The translations under genes were made by a program, and so were the position numbers. The notes beneath the pieces were generated by a model. The model searched no databases and was not told the origin of the DNA. It saw only the letters and a list, made by a program, of their open reading frames with translations. A DNA stretch of 64,000 nucleotides from Bacteroidia bacterium (GTDB lineage: Bacteria; Bacteroidota; Bacteroidia; NS11-12g; UBA955): the NCBI GenBank assembly GCA_044341025.1, contig JBIISM010000006.1, forward strand, positions 7,581 through 71,580, in the 5' to 3' direction. Below, piece after piece: positions 20,926 to 31,533 of this stretch (positions are counted from its first letter, which is position 1; each line of letters starts with the position of its first letter).

Positions 20926-21891
20926 TTGTTTAAAATTAAAGTCGGTATAGCAGGAAAACCAGAAGCAGTAGGTCAATATTTAACCTATCTGCAGAAAAAC
21001 GACTCGTTCGAAGTTATCGGATCGTTCGATAGCACGGACGCGAATAATTTCGAATCCTTCTATGGCATTTCACCATTCACTGATTTTATTAAACGGGCCG
21101 ATGCAATTATATTCTGCGGCAATGAGCATCAAAATACTTTTGATATATTAGCAGAATGCATTAAAAACTGCAAACATATTTTGTTTGATAAATTCCCTGA
21201 TCTCAGTTATACGGAATTGTCTTTGCTCAACAAATTCAAAACAGAAGCGGATACTTTATTTTATATTGCAAATATCCCTGGTTTGGGATGTGTGTATACC
21301 ACCGCTAGACAATCGGTAAGCAAACCGACCTTTATCCAATACAAAATTCAAATTCCTTTTAACACCCATTTTACAGATGGGAACAGCAAGGAACTAATGC
21401 ATGAAACCATTGATATGGTATTGCGTTGTGTAAACTCCCCTGTTCATAAAGTTAAAATCAACCGACAATACATTTTCAATCAAAGTCCAGATGAAGTGAA
21501 GGTGCACATTACTTTCGACAACAGCAGCACCTCTGAAATTGTATTAAATACGGTAAGTCAAGAAGCCAAACACGCCTTAACGCTTTACCAAAAAGGCAAA
21601 ATTATTCATGCCGACATTGCGGCTTTTAAGGTTGAAGAGACCAGATTAGATGTTAATTTAGAACACCAACTGCCTTTCGATTCCCCTGAAGCATCCCATA
21701 CTTCTATTGCTCAAAAAATGCATACATCTGAAAAAAAGATTATGTATTTTGATGTAATTCAAAAAGATTTGTTGAACTTTGTTGATTGTATAAGCAACCG
21801 CGTATCACCACTTGTTTCTATTGATGAAGCAATAAATGTGGTAAGTGTGATGCAACATTTCACCTACAGTCAGCATGAATCATTTGTTTAA
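20926..21891 (+). CDS. Hypothetical protein with degenerate Rossmann-like N-terminus
   Basis: 321-aa ORF with coding-like composition. MFKIKVGIAGKPEAVGQ is weakly Gfo/Idh/MocA-like. No confident family. Confidence 0.4.
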   Translation: MFKIKVGIAGKPEAVGQYLTYLQKNDSFEVIGSFDSTDANNFESFYGISPFTDFIKRADAIIFCGNEHQNTFDILAECIKNCKHILFDKFPDLSYTELSLLNKFKTEADTLFYIANIPGLGCVYTTARQSVSKPTFIQYKIQIPFNTHFTDGNSKELMHETIDMVLRCVNSPVHKVKINRQYIFNQSPDEVKVHITFDNSSTSEIVLNTVSQEAKHALTLYQKGKIIHADIAAFKVEETRLDVNLEHQLPFDSPEASHTSIAQKMHTSEKKIMYFDVIQKDLLNFVDCISNRVSPLVSIDEAINVVSVMQHFTYSQHESFV

Positions 21892-22771
21892 GTCGCTTTT
21901 AATTTTATTTGTTTTCTCAGGTTTGTTTCTGTCTTGCGACCAAGAGCAAGAAGCAATTCCCTCCTACTTGCACCTCAGCAAATTCACTGTTAGCAGCACC
22001 CCTTTAACACAAGGCCTGAACACCGCAGATATTATAAGCGCCAAAGTGTATGTAAACGGAAAAGAAATAGGCACCTTCGAATTGCCTGCCACTTTTCCTG
22101 TTATTGCAAGTGGTAATGCAGAAGTAGTTGTTTTTCCAAACATCAAAGAAAACGCTTCTTCCAATAGCCAAAAGTACTTTAAGCCTTACGAATCATTTAC
22201 CCAAACGGTAACTCTTGAAGCGGGTAAAATTGACAGTTTAAAACCAAGCATTTCTTATAGAAGCAACACGACCTTTAGATGGATGGAAGATTTTGAAGAC
22301 CAAGCCATCTCAATTGTCAGATCTGGCTCTAATAACACCAAAGATTCATTTTATACAATTCCTACTTCGACTTTTGGTGTCGACCAACCCTTCTCAGGAT
22401 CCAATTACTGTGGTTTTATACACGTAAGCAGCGACAGTTTTGTGGTGTTTGAACGCAGCACCCTATCAACATTTAATGACATCCCATTTTTAGGCACCGA
22501 CGTTTATGTTGAACTTGATATCAAAAGCAATATAAATGTACAAGTTGGCGTTTACTCATACATTGGTGCTGATTACGACCAAGCGCCTGTTATGGTCATA
22601 AATTCTACTGCCGGAAAATGGAAAAAGATTTATGTTAATTTGAAACCTCAAATTGGCGACCTTACCTCAGGGACACCGATTCGTTTGTTCTTTGGATTTT
22701 ACAAAGAAGACAATGACAGCGCAGACTACAAAGTATATTTAGACAATTTGAAACTCGTATACGTTAATTAA
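21875..22771 (+). CDS. Hypothetical lipoprotein
   Basis: Signal peptide plus lipobox (LFLSCDQ). Overlaps the previous gene by 17 nt. No recognisable domain. Confidence 0.45.
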   Translation: MNHLFKSLLILFVFSGLFLSCDQEQEAIPSYLHLSKFTVSSTPLTQGLNTADIISAKVYVNGKEIGTFELPATFPVIASGNAEVVVFPNIKENASSNSQKYFKPYESFTQTVTLEAGKIDSLKPSISYRSNTTFRWMEDFEDQAISIVRSGSNNTKDSFYTIPTSTFGVDQPFSGSNYCGFIHVSSDSFVVFERSTLSTFNDIPFLGTDVYVELDIKSNINVQVGVYSYIGADYDQAPVMVINSTAGKWKKIYVNLKPQIGDLTSGTPIRLFFGFYKEDNDSADYKVYLDNLKLVYVN

Positions 22772-22779
22772 TTCACACT

Positions 22780-24195
22780 TTGAATAAGGCCAAACAAACC
22801 ATAAAATACCTTCTTTCAGATTACTTAAGTGCAGCTGTCGTTTGGTTTTTATTGTTTTGGTTTCGGAAAAACTATATCGATACCGCCCACAGCGACTACC
22901 AAATTCCGTTAAGCAGAGACATCAAATTAATTTTAGGCATTATCGCCATTCCCACATTTTGGCTGGTCTTATACTACTTCACCGGTTATTACAGAAACAT
23001 CTTCAGACGCTCGCGCCTAAGAGAACTTAAGCAAACCATCTACACCTCTTTCTTTGGTTCATTAATTATCTTCTTTGCCTTATTGCTCGACGACAGCGTA
23101 AGCAATTACAGAGCGTATTATCAAACTTTTTTCTTGCTAATCTCCCTGCAATGTTTGGTTACCTATATTGGACGTTTCATTTTATCAAGCCGCACCAACC
23201 ACAGAATACAAAAACGCGTATATGGGTTCAACACCATTTTGGTTGGGTCCAATGAAAAAGCGCTAAAACTTTTTGATGATCTTCAAAATGCTAAAACCAC
23301 CAATGGCTTTAAATTCCTTGGATTTGTTACCGTTAATGGCGAAGACACCTCGCAAATGCAAAAGAACTTGCCCCTATTAGGCAATTACAAAGATCTGCCA
23401 GCTTTAATTCACAGCATGGAAATTGAAGAATTGGTTATTGCTTTGGAAACCACAGAACACAGCAAGTTAAATGCTGTGTTTAATATGGTTGAAAATGAAA
23501 ATGTATTCATTAAAATCATCCCTGACATGTATTCCATTTTTACCCGCATGGTGAAAATGAACAATATTTTAGGTGCCGTATTGATTGAAGTTGATTTTGA
23601 AGTAATGCCTGAGTGGCAAAAAAATGCCAAACGTGTGTTTGATATTTTGTTTTCTATTTTGGTTTTGGTTTTAAGTTTTCCCTTTATGCTCATCATTGCA
23701 CTGATGATTAAGTTGAGCAGCAAAGGTCCAATATTCTACCAACAAGAGCGCATTGGCTTGAAAGGCAAACCGTTTAGCATCATTAAATTTAGAAGCATGC
23801 GCACCGATGCGGAAGCCGCGGGGCCACAATTATCCAAAGAAGATGATCCAAGAATCACCAAGGTTGGTAAAATTTTGCGCAAAACCCGTTTGGATGAATT
23901 TCCTCAATTTTGGAATGTATTAAAAGGCGAAATGAGTGTGGTTGGCCCAAGACCAGAACGTGCCTTCTTTATAGAAAAAATCATTGAAAAAGCACCTTAT
24001 TACAGACGTTTGCAAAAAGTAAGACCCGGCATTACCAGTTGGGGACAAGTAAAATATGGTTATGCCGAAAACCTAGATCAGATGATAGAACGCTTGTACT
24101 ACGATATCTTATATATTGAAAACAACAGTTTGGCCCTCGATTTTAAAATCATGGCCTATACCATTTTAATTATGGTGCAAGGCAGAGGGAAATAA
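22780..24195 (+). CDS. Polyprenyl-phosphate sugar phosphotransferase (exopolysaccharide/O-antigen priming transferase, WbaP/EpsL-like)
   Basis: Several N-terminal TM helices. The C-terminal bacterial sugar transferase domain reads FSIIKFRSMRTDAE...DEFPQFWNVLKGEMSVVGPRPE. Confidence 0.85.
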   Translation: MNKAKQTIKYLLSDYLSAAVVWFLLFWFRKNYIDTAHSDYQIPLSRDIKLILGIIAIPTFWLVLYYFTGYYRNIFRRSRLRELKQTIYTSFFGSLIIFFALLLDDSVSNYRAYYQTFFLLISLQCLVTYIGRFILSSRTNHRIQKRVYGFNTILVGSNEKALKLFDDLQNAKTTNGFKFLGFVTVNGEDTSQMQKNLPLLGNYKDLPALIHSMEIEELVIALETTEHSKLNAVFNMVENENVFIKIIPDMYSIFTRMVKMNNILGAVLIEVDFEVMPEWQKNAKRVFDILFSILVLVLSFPFMLIIALMIKLSSKGPIFYQQERIGLKGKPFSIIKFRSMRTDAEAAGPQLSKEDDPRITKVGKILRKTRLDEFPQFWNVLKGEMSVVGPRPERAFFIEKIIEKAPYYRRLQKVRPGITSWGQVKYGYAENLDQMIERLYYDILYIENNSLALDFKIMAYTILIMVQGRGK

Positions 24196-24309
24196 TTTCC
24201 TTTAATTAACTCTAATCAACTGATTGGTATCACCAAAGTCCTCCTTTTCTCGATAAAATTCTTAGCCGATAAAAGCAAGTAATGTGTATATTTGCGCAGC
24301 AATAAAACG

Positions 24310-25560
24310 ATGCGTAAATTATTAGAAAAATTCGAAAATAAGCAACCTGAGATTGTCTTTGAATGGAAAGACAGCGAGACAGAAGCTGAAGGTTGGGTGG
24401 TAATCAATTCTCTTAGAAATGGTGCTGCAGGTGGCGGAACAAGAATGCGTAAAGGATTAGACAAACGCGAAGTTGAAAGCTTGGCCAAAACCATGGAAGT
24501 TAAATTTTCAGTTTGTGGACCTCCAATCGGTGGTGCAAAATCAGGCATTAATTTCGATCCGGCTGACCCGCGTAAAAAAGGTGTGCTTGAGCGCTGGTAC
24601 AAAGCGGTATATCCGATATTGAAAAACTATTATGGTACAGGCGGTGACTTGAACGTGGATGAAATTCACGAGGTTATTCCGATGACTGCTGCCAATGGGT
24701 TATTGCATCCTCAAGAAGGAATTGTTAATGGACATTTGAATTACAGTTCTGAAGAAAAATTAAAAAGCATTAGCCGTTTACAAACCGGTGTGTTGTTGCC
24801 AATAGTTGACGAGCGTTTTACCCCAGATGTAGCAAAAGCCTACACCATTGCCGACATGATTACAGGTTGGGGTGTTGCAGAAGCCGTAAGACACTATTAT
24901 GAATTATGGGGCGGTAATATGAATGGCAAATTTGCTGTTATTCAAGGTTGGGGAAATGTGGCGGCAGCGGCAGCATTCTATTTGGCTAAGCACGGTGTGT
25001 TAATCAATGGAATTATTGACCGCGATGGTGGTTTGATCAATGAAAAAGGATTTACTTTTGAAGAAATCAGAGACTTATTCTTAAACAGAAAAGGCAACAC
25101 CTTGAACCATCCTGATATGTTAAGTGCAGAAGAAGTAAATGCTAAAATATGGGATTTACCTATGGAAATATTCATACCTGGCGCAGCATCGAGATTAATT
25201 ACACAAAACCAAGCAGAACGAATGGTTGCTGCAGGTGTTGAAGTTATTAGCTGTGGAGCTAATGTTCCATTTGCAGATAAAGAAATCTTTATGGGACCAA
25301 TTTCAGAATACATGGACAACAATACCGCCGTAATTCCTGATTTCATAGCCAATTGTGGTATGGCAAGAGTGTTTGCTTACTTAATGAAGCAAGGTTCTGA
25401 GGTTAACGACTTGGCCATTTTGAAAGATGTTTCTGATATTATTAGACAAGCATTAATACGTGTACACCAATTCAACCCTAAAACCACTGGCATCAGTGCA
25501 AAAGGCTTGGAATTGAGTTTAACCGACTTGGTTAGCAGTGCAGCTGTAGCAAGCAGATAA
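24310..25560 (+). CDS. Glu/Leu/Phe/Val dehydrogenase family protein
   Basis: The catalytic-lysine region reads PIGGAKSGINFDP. The C-terminal NAD-binding Rossmann motif is GWGNVAAAAA. The ORF begins at 24292. MRKLLEKF at 24310 is the likely start. Confidence 0.75.
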   Translation: MRKLLEKFENKQPEIVFEWKDSETEAEGWVVINSLRNGAAGGGTRMRKGLDKREVESLAKTMEVKFSVCGPPIGGAKSGINFDPADPRKKGVLERWYKAVYPILKNYYGTGGDLNVDEIHEVIPMTAANGLLHPQEGIVNGHLNYSSEEKLKSISRLQTGVLLPIVDERFTPDVAKAYTIADMITGWGVAEAVRHYYELWGGNMNGKFAVIQGWGNVAAAAAFYLAKHGVLINGIIDRDGGLINEKGFTFEEIRDLFLNRKGNTLNHPDMLSAEEVNAKIWDLPMEIFIPGAASRLITQNQAERMVAAGVEVISCGANVPFADKEIFMGPISEYMDNNTAVIPDFIANCGMARVFAYLMKQGSEVNDLAILKDVSDIIRQALIRVHQFNPKTTGISAKGLELSLTDLVSSAAVASR

Positions 25561-25589
25561 GCATCAAATAAGAAAAATTTAAAAGCCTA

Positions 25590-25863
25590 ATGTTGTTGTT
25601 TATTCCAAATGCCTTTAGTCCAAACAATGACCAGTTAAACGACTTTTTTAATCCGAGTGGACGAATAAGCGTTAAACAATACCATCTCTCTATTTACAAC
25701 CGTTGGGCGAATTGTTGTTTGAGAGCAATGACCACAAGCGCGCCTGGGATGGCAATTATAACAATGCCATGTGCCCGCAAGACGTTTACACATATTGGAT
25801 AAACTTAGTAGATGTCTTTGGCAAACGGAAAACCTATAGAGGTACTTTTACCTTAGTGCATTA
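25590..25863 (+). pseudogene. Orphan remnant of a T9SS type B (gliding motility-associated) C-terminal domain, frameshifted
   Basis: The first frame reads FIPNAFSPNNDQLNDFF...LSIYNRW. After a 1-nt deletion near 25700 the adjacent frame continues GELLFESNDHKRAWDGNYNN...YTYWINLVDVFGKRKTYRGTFTLVH*. Together these are a complete ~90-aa type B CTD. No protein body lies upstream, because the dehydrogenase gene ends 30 nt earlier. Confidence 0.6.
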
Positions 25864-25917
25864 AAACTGCTAAAAAAAGTAGCTTTAAAAACCATAATTT
25901 AACAATAAATTTGCACT

Positions 25918-26673
25918 ATGTTTTGGCTCGAACATCCGAAAACCTTTGCACTGATCGTATTGATTGTGGCTCTGTACAGTTTAAAAACCACAGCGCTATT
26001 TGTATACAGACGACGCAACCACATAAAAGGTAAAGACAATTTTACCATTGGCATAAATACCATCTACTATATTTTCATTATTATTTTAATGATCATATTA
26101 GCCATGGCATTGCTAAGGGTCAATCTTCGTGAGTTCTTTACCTCCATTTCAATATTGGCTGCTGCCATTGCCATCCTAGCAAAGGACTATATTTCCAACG
26201 CCATCAATGGTATGATTTTGATGTTTAACAATCAAATTTCTATTGGCGACCGCATACAAATAGGCGGACATAAAGGAAAAATCACCCATATTAGTTTGCT
26301 CAATTTGCAAATCATTAATGAAGAAGATGATTTAATTTACATCCCCAACACCAATGTCTTAAGTCAGGACATCATAAATTACACCAAGGCAGAGAGTTTA
26401 AAAGTAAGTATTGAGTTTGTTGCCAAGGCTAATAATATGGAATCAATTGAGGCACTTGAACAATATTTCTCCAATGTTTTTGCCAGCAATCCCAATGTAG
26501 AAAAAGATACCTTTCGCTTAAAAGTAGTTCACTTAAAATACAAGAACATTGATTTCAGGGCAGAAGCCAACCTTGTAAAACGGGATTCAAAATCGGAACG
26601 TCAATTCAAAAGACAATTGGTGAATGCTTGGTTTAAATATTTACAAAATGCAGAGGATAAAACATCCCATTAA
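25918..26673 (+). CDS. Small mechanosensitive ion channel (MscS family)
   Basis: Three TM helices, then ISNAINGMILMFNNQISIGDRIQIGGHKGKITHISLLNLQI, the MscS pore helix and beta-domain signature. Confidence 0.75.
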   Translation: MFWLEHPKTFALIVLIVALYSLKTTALFVYRRRNHIKGKDNFTIGINTIYYIFIIILMIILAMALLRVNLREFFTSISILAAAIAILAKDYISNAINGMILMFNNQISIGDRIQIGGHKGKITHISLLNLQIINEEDDLIYIPNTNVLSQDIINYTKAESLKVSIEFVAKANNMESIEALEQYFSNVFASNPNVEKDTFRLKVVHLKYKNIDFRAEANLVKRDSKSERQFKRQLVNAWFKYLQNAEDKTSH

Positions 26674-26700
26674 TTCTGCCGCATTATCGCGCTAATTTCT

Positions 26701-27894
26701 TTGAAAAAAAACATATCAATTATTGGCGGAGGTTCAGCTGCCATAGCCTTTGCAGCCCATATTGACACTAAAAAGTTTGATGTCGTTTTATACGAAAAAA
26801 ACAAAAGCCCATCCCGAAAGTTTTTAGTGGCTGGCGATGGCGGATTTAACCTCACCCACGGCCTTAGCGTGCAGGACATGCTTAAACAATACGAACCTCT
26901 GGGTTTTTTAGATGAGGCATTGCTTCAATTTAGCAACGATGATTTTAGACTTTGGCTTAAAGAAATAGGCATTGAAACCTATGTAGGCAGCAGCGGAAGG
27001 GTATTCCCTATAAAATCCATTAAGCCAATTGAAGTTTTACAAGCCATTTTAAAAGTGCTTAAAAACACAGGTGTACAAATACAAACTGCTAAACATTGGA
27101 CTGGATGGAATGTAGATAATACCTTGCAACTAAGTAGTTCGGATTCATTAAAATCTGATATTGTAGTCTTTGCCCTTGGAGGAGCTAGCTGGAAAGTAAC
27201 TGGCTCAGATGGCACATGGTTGTCCTTATTTAAATCCAAAAACATCCCATGCATAGAATTTAAAGCAGCCAACTGTGCATTTGAAATTCAATGGCCTAAT
27301 GATTTTATAACCCATCACGCAGGTAAAGCCTTAAAAAACATTCATCTTAGTTCAGGTTTAAAAACTTGCCAAGGTGAACTAAGCGTTACTTCGTTTGGTC
27401 TTGAAGGCAATGCTATTTACCCGCTAAGCTCCAATATACAATCAGACCTTGCATCCATTGGACACGCTCAAATTTTTATCGATTTTAAACCAATGTTTTC
27501 AGAAGAAGCATTGTTAATTAAGCTTGAAAAATCAAAAGCGAAAAGCATCAATGACAAATTAAAAATAGATTTGGCCTTGAACAATACAGCCATACAAATA
27601 CTAAAAAACCATTTAAGTAAGGAAGCCTATTCTAACTATGTTTCTTTGTCTCAAGCTATAAAACATTTACCTTTAAAAATAACTGCAGCAGCGCCCATCG
27701 ACGAAGCCATTTCTACCACAGGCGGCATTGATTTAGAAGCTATTGATGAGAACTTTCAACTAAAACAAATGCCTCAGCATTATTGCATAGGAGAAATGTT
27801 GGATTGGAATGCGCCAACTGGCGGCTACTTGTTACAAGCTTGTTTTAGCATGGGGGTAAAACTAGCGCGACATTTGAACGGTCAAGCCTCTTAA
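26701..27894 (+). CDS. HI0933/BaiN-like NAD(P)/FAD-dependent flavoprotein
   Basis: The N-terminus KKNISIIGGGSAAIAFAAH...FLVAGDGGFNLTH is typical of the TIGR00275/TIGR03862 family. The start appears to be a TTG. Confidence 0.75.
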   Translation: MKKNISIIGGGSAAIAFAAHIDTKKFDVVLYEKNKSPSRKFLVAGDGGFNLTHGLSVQDMLKQYEPLGFLDEALLQFSNDDFRLWLKEIGIETYVGSSGRVFPIKSIKPIEVLQAILKVLKNTGVQIQTAKHWTGWNVDNTLQLSSSDSLKSDIVVFALGGASWKVTGSDGTWLSLFKSKNIPCIEFKAANCAFEIQWPNDFITHHAGKALKNIHLSSGLKTCQGELSVTSFGLEGNAIYPLSSNIQSDLASIGHAQIFIDFKPMFSEEALLIKLEKSKAKSINDKLKIDLALNNTAIQILKNHLSKEAYSNYVSLSQAIKHLPLKITAAAPIDEAISTTGGIDLEAIDENFQLKQMPQHYCIGEMLDWNAPTGGYLLQACFSMGVKLARHLNGQAS

Positions 27895-28062
27895 GACAGC
27901 ATATTGTAAGCACCCAAACTTAAAACATCCATTACGGTATTGCCAATTGAATCAGTGGAAAAGATGGATTCAAAAAATGGATTGGTCATATGATTTACCT
28001 TATCTATAAATATATTCACAAACATATCATTTAAATGAGATATGAAATAATTATTTATTGTC

Positions 28063-28674
28063 TTAATAATTGTATATCCGTTCTGCGACAAAAGTATCTC
28101 TTAAAATACCAAATGCTACGGTATAAAAATCTCCTCTACCCCCTCTTTCTTTCTCTTCATAAACGAGAATTTTAAAATACCTCTTAGACTTTGGGGTTAA
28201 AAACCAATTAAAGCCAATTACGTCATTACGATCAGCAAAAAGATTATAAACCCATTTATCAAGATCGTTAAATGGCAATTCATGAATCAATTCATATTCC
28301 TTCATTAAGACACGATTAGAGTCAGGACAATTTAAAAAAATTTTATTCGCATATAAGGAATCAAACTTTTTTAACCAGTTGGTATCTTTATTGACATATC
28401 CAGGTTTTCCTTGAAAGTACAATGCTCTATCCAATATCCCTACATAATATATACCATTACTATCTAAGACGGATTCTAAATTAGAACCTACGTTATAAAG
28501 ATCTCCAATTCTGCCAGGACGCATATAAGCAAATGAATCAAACTTTGTTGGGTGTTTTTTTGAAAAAAAATTGATTTTTGAAGCATATCCATTCATTGTA
28601 AATATTCCAATCACTAAGTATTGAAATATTTTAATCATTGTTGATTGCTTTAATATTTTATAATTCAACCTCAT
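28063..28674 (-). CDS. Hypothetical secreted protein (low-GC islet)
   Basis: 203-aa ORF at about 30-33% GC. It has an N-terminal hydrophobic segment (MIKIFQYLVIGIFTMNGYAS) and no recognisable domain. Confidence 0.4.
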   Translation of the reverse strand: MRLNYKILKQSTMIKIFQYLVIGIFTMNGYASKINFFSKKHPTKFDSFAYMRPGRIGDLYNVGSNLESVLDSNGIYYVGILDRALYFQGKPGYVNKDTNWLKKFDSLYANKIFLNCPDSNRVLMKEYELIHELPFNDLDKWVYNLFADRNDVIGFNWFLTPKSKRYFKILVYEEKERGGRGDFYTVAFGILRDTFVAERIYNY

Positions 28675-28681
28675 ATATTTA

Positions 28682-29554
28682 TTAGAAAGCTATGACATTT
28701 GCTGCTGCATAAAAGTCCCCATTCGGACATAATCGCAAAGAAACACCTACAAAGAAATTATTAGGATCAAAAACCTCACTCAATAAAATGACTCTATGTG
28801 GCAATGATCCATACCAAGCAATAACAGCACGTTCAGCAATTGATTCATAAGAATTAATACCGTAAAATTTGTAATAACTTCTACGCATAAGATAAGCGAC
28901 TTCGGTATAGCGTAGATTTTCCCAGCAGTTCAGTTTATATGGACTGGGTAATTCACAATTTATAAAAGATGAATCTAATAGAATTAAATGTTCCTTAAAT
29001 ATGCATTTAACATTTTGTTTAAGGGCTTCATCTGTTTCCCAAGGAAATTCTGGATGATGTAAATATCCTTTTTGATACATTATTAGCGTATTTCTTGAAG
29101 AGATATATTTTGAAACAGTTTTGGAATATTTATACGGCCTTAATCCAAGTTTCACTCTAAATGCATTGATTTTTATGTATAAAATTGAATCCATTAAAAC
29201 TTGGTTAAAATGATAGAAATCAATCCAATGACAACTACTTGAATCAAACAATTTTATCAATCCAATTTGAATACTATCCTTTCTTGTCAATGGTTTGTAA
29301 GGATTGGGGGATGAAAACACTATAGCCTCATTAGACATTTTTTTAAGATCCGATTCAAATGGTTTAATGGCTATTTTCATACACTTTAAAACGGCATTAT
29401 AACTACTACAACCCATAGCATCAAATAATCCAGTTGGCCTAAATGCAAAAGTATATAATACACTATCAGTAGATTTTGTAATAGTTCCATCATATTGAGC
29501 CTTTAGAAAAAATGGCGACAAATTCAAAACAATATAAATGACCAATCTTTTCAT
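28682..29554 (-). CDS. Secreted protein with a C-terminal CAP/SCP/PR-1-like (YkwD-like) domain
   Basis: Signal peptide MKRLVIYIVLNLSPFFLKAQ. The C-terminal AERAVIAWYGSLPHRVILLSEVFDPNNFFVGVSL...GDFYAAANV follows the bacterial CAP pattern (A..AW.NSPGHR.NIL...F...GVG....YW). GC content is low. Confidence 0.45.
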   Translation of the reverse strand: MKRLVIYIVLNLSPFFLKAQYDGTITKSTDSVLYTFAFRPTGLFDAMGCSSYNAVLKCMKIAIKPFESDLKKMSNEAIVFSSPNPYKPLTRKDSIQIGLIKLFDSSSCHWIDFYHFNQVLMDSILYIKINAFRVKLGLRPYKYSKTVSKYISSRNTLIMYQKGYLHHPEFPWETDEALKQNVKCIFKEHLILLDSSFINCELPSPYKLNCWENLRYTEVAYLMRRSYYKFYGINSYESIAERAVIAWYGSLPHRVILLSEVFDPNNFFVGVSLRLCPNGDFYAAANVIAF

Positions 29555-29714
29555 AACAACATGCTTTAATTGTCAACGTAAAACATTTAAAAATATTACA
29601 ACAATTCCCACACAATATTTAATCCGTTTGATCGTTAGAAATTTAATTGCCTATGACTTAAGCCTTACCTTTTATCGTTTTAATCTTTTTAAACTAATAA
29701 ACAGGAGGTAAATT

Positions 29715-31478
29715 ATGTTGTATGTAATGTTAATGGCCAGCTTAGCCTTTGAATCAAGCCAAAGCAATCAGTCAAAACCATCCATTGACTGGGAACAAAC
29801 CAACTACTTCAACAAATTTGGCAAAATCAAAAAACAGGTATTGATTTTATATCCCAACAAGCAATACAGCTATTACCAGATTGGGGTTAACAATAAATTG
29901 CATTTCGATACTGGAACATATAAGTATAAAAGCTTTGCGCACAAACTCCAATTCAACAGTGTACAAAGCCAGTCGAGTTTTAATCCGATGACACAACAAC
30001 CCATTAAAGTGAATGGCGATGAAGTCTATCTATCGAAAGACAAAATAAGTTTTAAGCACTCAAACATATCCGACATCACTTCTGTATTATCTATATTTTC
30101 ATCACTCAAACGCATCGAGATAAAAAACAAACCATTGGATCGCGTCAGCCTTAAAAGAGGATATCAATTACAAAACAGCACAGATTTAAGCCCATATAAA
30201 CAGTCGATTAAAACACCTGAGAGCAATGCCCTAGTATACCAAAAAGGACAACACATTGCTGACAGTCTCTATGCCATCGAATTAAAAAAAGGAAAAGACA
30301 AGAGCAATCAAGCAGTTTATGATTTAGCTAGACAACTGACTAAACAGGCAAGCACTGATTCCGCTAAATTAAGGTTGTTATGCGATTGGATGACCCTCAA
30401 CTTTGAATACGACTTGGAAGGACCTGTTAATCCTTCGGAGTTAATAAAAGTCAAAGCCACCAGATGTGAAGGTTACGCCAATTTTATCTTGGCGTTATGC
30501 AAAGAGCTCAATATTCCTAACATTAAAGTAATTGGCACTGCCGATAATGGCAGTTTAAAACGCTATTCATTCAATGAAATATCAGGCGGACACGCATGGA
30601 ATTTGGTTAAAATACAAGGCGCTTGGAGACCATTAGACGTCACTTGGTTAGACCCCACTTGGCCCAAAGATTATAAAAAAGACAACCGTGTGTATGGCAA
30701 TGAGCACTATTTCAATCCTGATCTAGAACAATTGAGCTTAACACATATGCCAGATATTGCAGCATTGGCCTTGACCAATTTTAGTTCTTTGGGTCAAAAA
30801 GCATTTTGTGAAAACCCTGTCATAGAACAAAAGGGCTATGCCATTCAGTATGTTGGATCAAACAGCAACCGGATTAAAACCCAAAACCCTAGCATTCAAT
30901 TTGAGTTTTATGCAACAGAAGAAATGGAAGTGACCATATCCAGAGGCAAACATGAGTCAACCTATACCATCCGTTTAAAGTCAGGCATTAATACCATCCT
31001 CATGCCCACACCAGCATTACTGTCAGAATATACTTTTAAATGTGGCGGTTTGAAAGCTCAGTTTTACATAAATCCAAGTAAAGGCAATTTAAGTGCATTA
31101 AACGCAGCCCTAAAAGAGGTTAGATCATACAATTGGGCTTATCAGATAGAATTTTATGAATACATGATCAAATTGATTCAAACCAAAAACATTCAAATCA
31201 GATATACCAATGACAGCAATGGTCAAATCACCAGTATGGCCAAAAACATTATTGAAACATATGATGGGCTTTGTCCTGTAGGTGCTTGGTATCTCAAATG
31301 GGATGCTAAAAAGGCAGGCGATTCTCCTGTATTTATGCGTTATTACTTCACAGATCAACGCATTAATGGTAAACGCCTATTTGTTGAATGTAAAGTGGAC
31401 TGTAAATTCAGTGAGACCAAAATGCTCAATCCAAAAAAGTTTACTTGTAGTAATTGGGGCATTGGGTTGGACTATTGA
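29715..31478 (+). CDS. Transglutaminase-like cysteine protease superfamily protein
   Basis: A Cys-His-Asp core is present in RCEGYANFILALCKELNIP...GGHAWNLVKIQGAWRPLDVTW. Unusually for Bacteroidota, a canonical AGGAGGT Shine-Dalgarno sits 6 nt upstream of the ATG (29703-29709). Confidence 0.65.
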   Translation: MLYVMLMASLAFESSQSNQSKPSIDWEQTNYFNKFGKIKKQVLILYPNKQYSYYQIGVNNKLHFDTGTYKYKSFAHKLQFNSVQSQSSFNPMTQQPIKVNGDEVYLSKDKISFKHSNISDITSVLSIFSSLKRIEIKNKPLDRVSLKRGYQLQNSTDLSPYKQSIKTPESNALVYQKGQHIADSLYAIELKKGKDKSNQAVYDLARQLTKQASTDSAKLRLLCDWMTLNFEYDLEGPVNPSELIKVKATRCEGYANFILALCKELNIPNIKVIGTADNGSLKRYSFNEISGGHAWNLVKIQGAWRPLDVTWLDPTWPKDYKKDNRVYGNEHYFNPDLEQLSLTHMPDIAALALTNFSSLGQKAFCENPVIEQKGYAIQYVGSNSNRIKTQNPSIQFEFYATEEMEVTISRGKHESTYTIRLKSGINTILMPTPALLSEYTFKCGGLKAQFYINPSKGNLSALNAALKEVRSYNWAYQIEFYEYMIKLIQTKNIQIRYTNDSNGQITSMAKNIIETYDGLCPVGAWYLKWDAKKAGDSPVFMRYYFTDQRINGKRLFVECKVDCKFSETKMLNPKKFTCSNWGIGLDY

Positions 31479-31533
31479 TACAGAGTGTTTATGATAGCAT
31501 TATGCATTAGGTTATTTCCCTTAATTTTACCAC

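Noticed and set aside
27891-28091. 66-aa minus-strand ORF between the flavoprotein gene and the islet
   Set aside because: Short, AT-rich, no features. It more likely lies in a 3' UTR or intergenic region.
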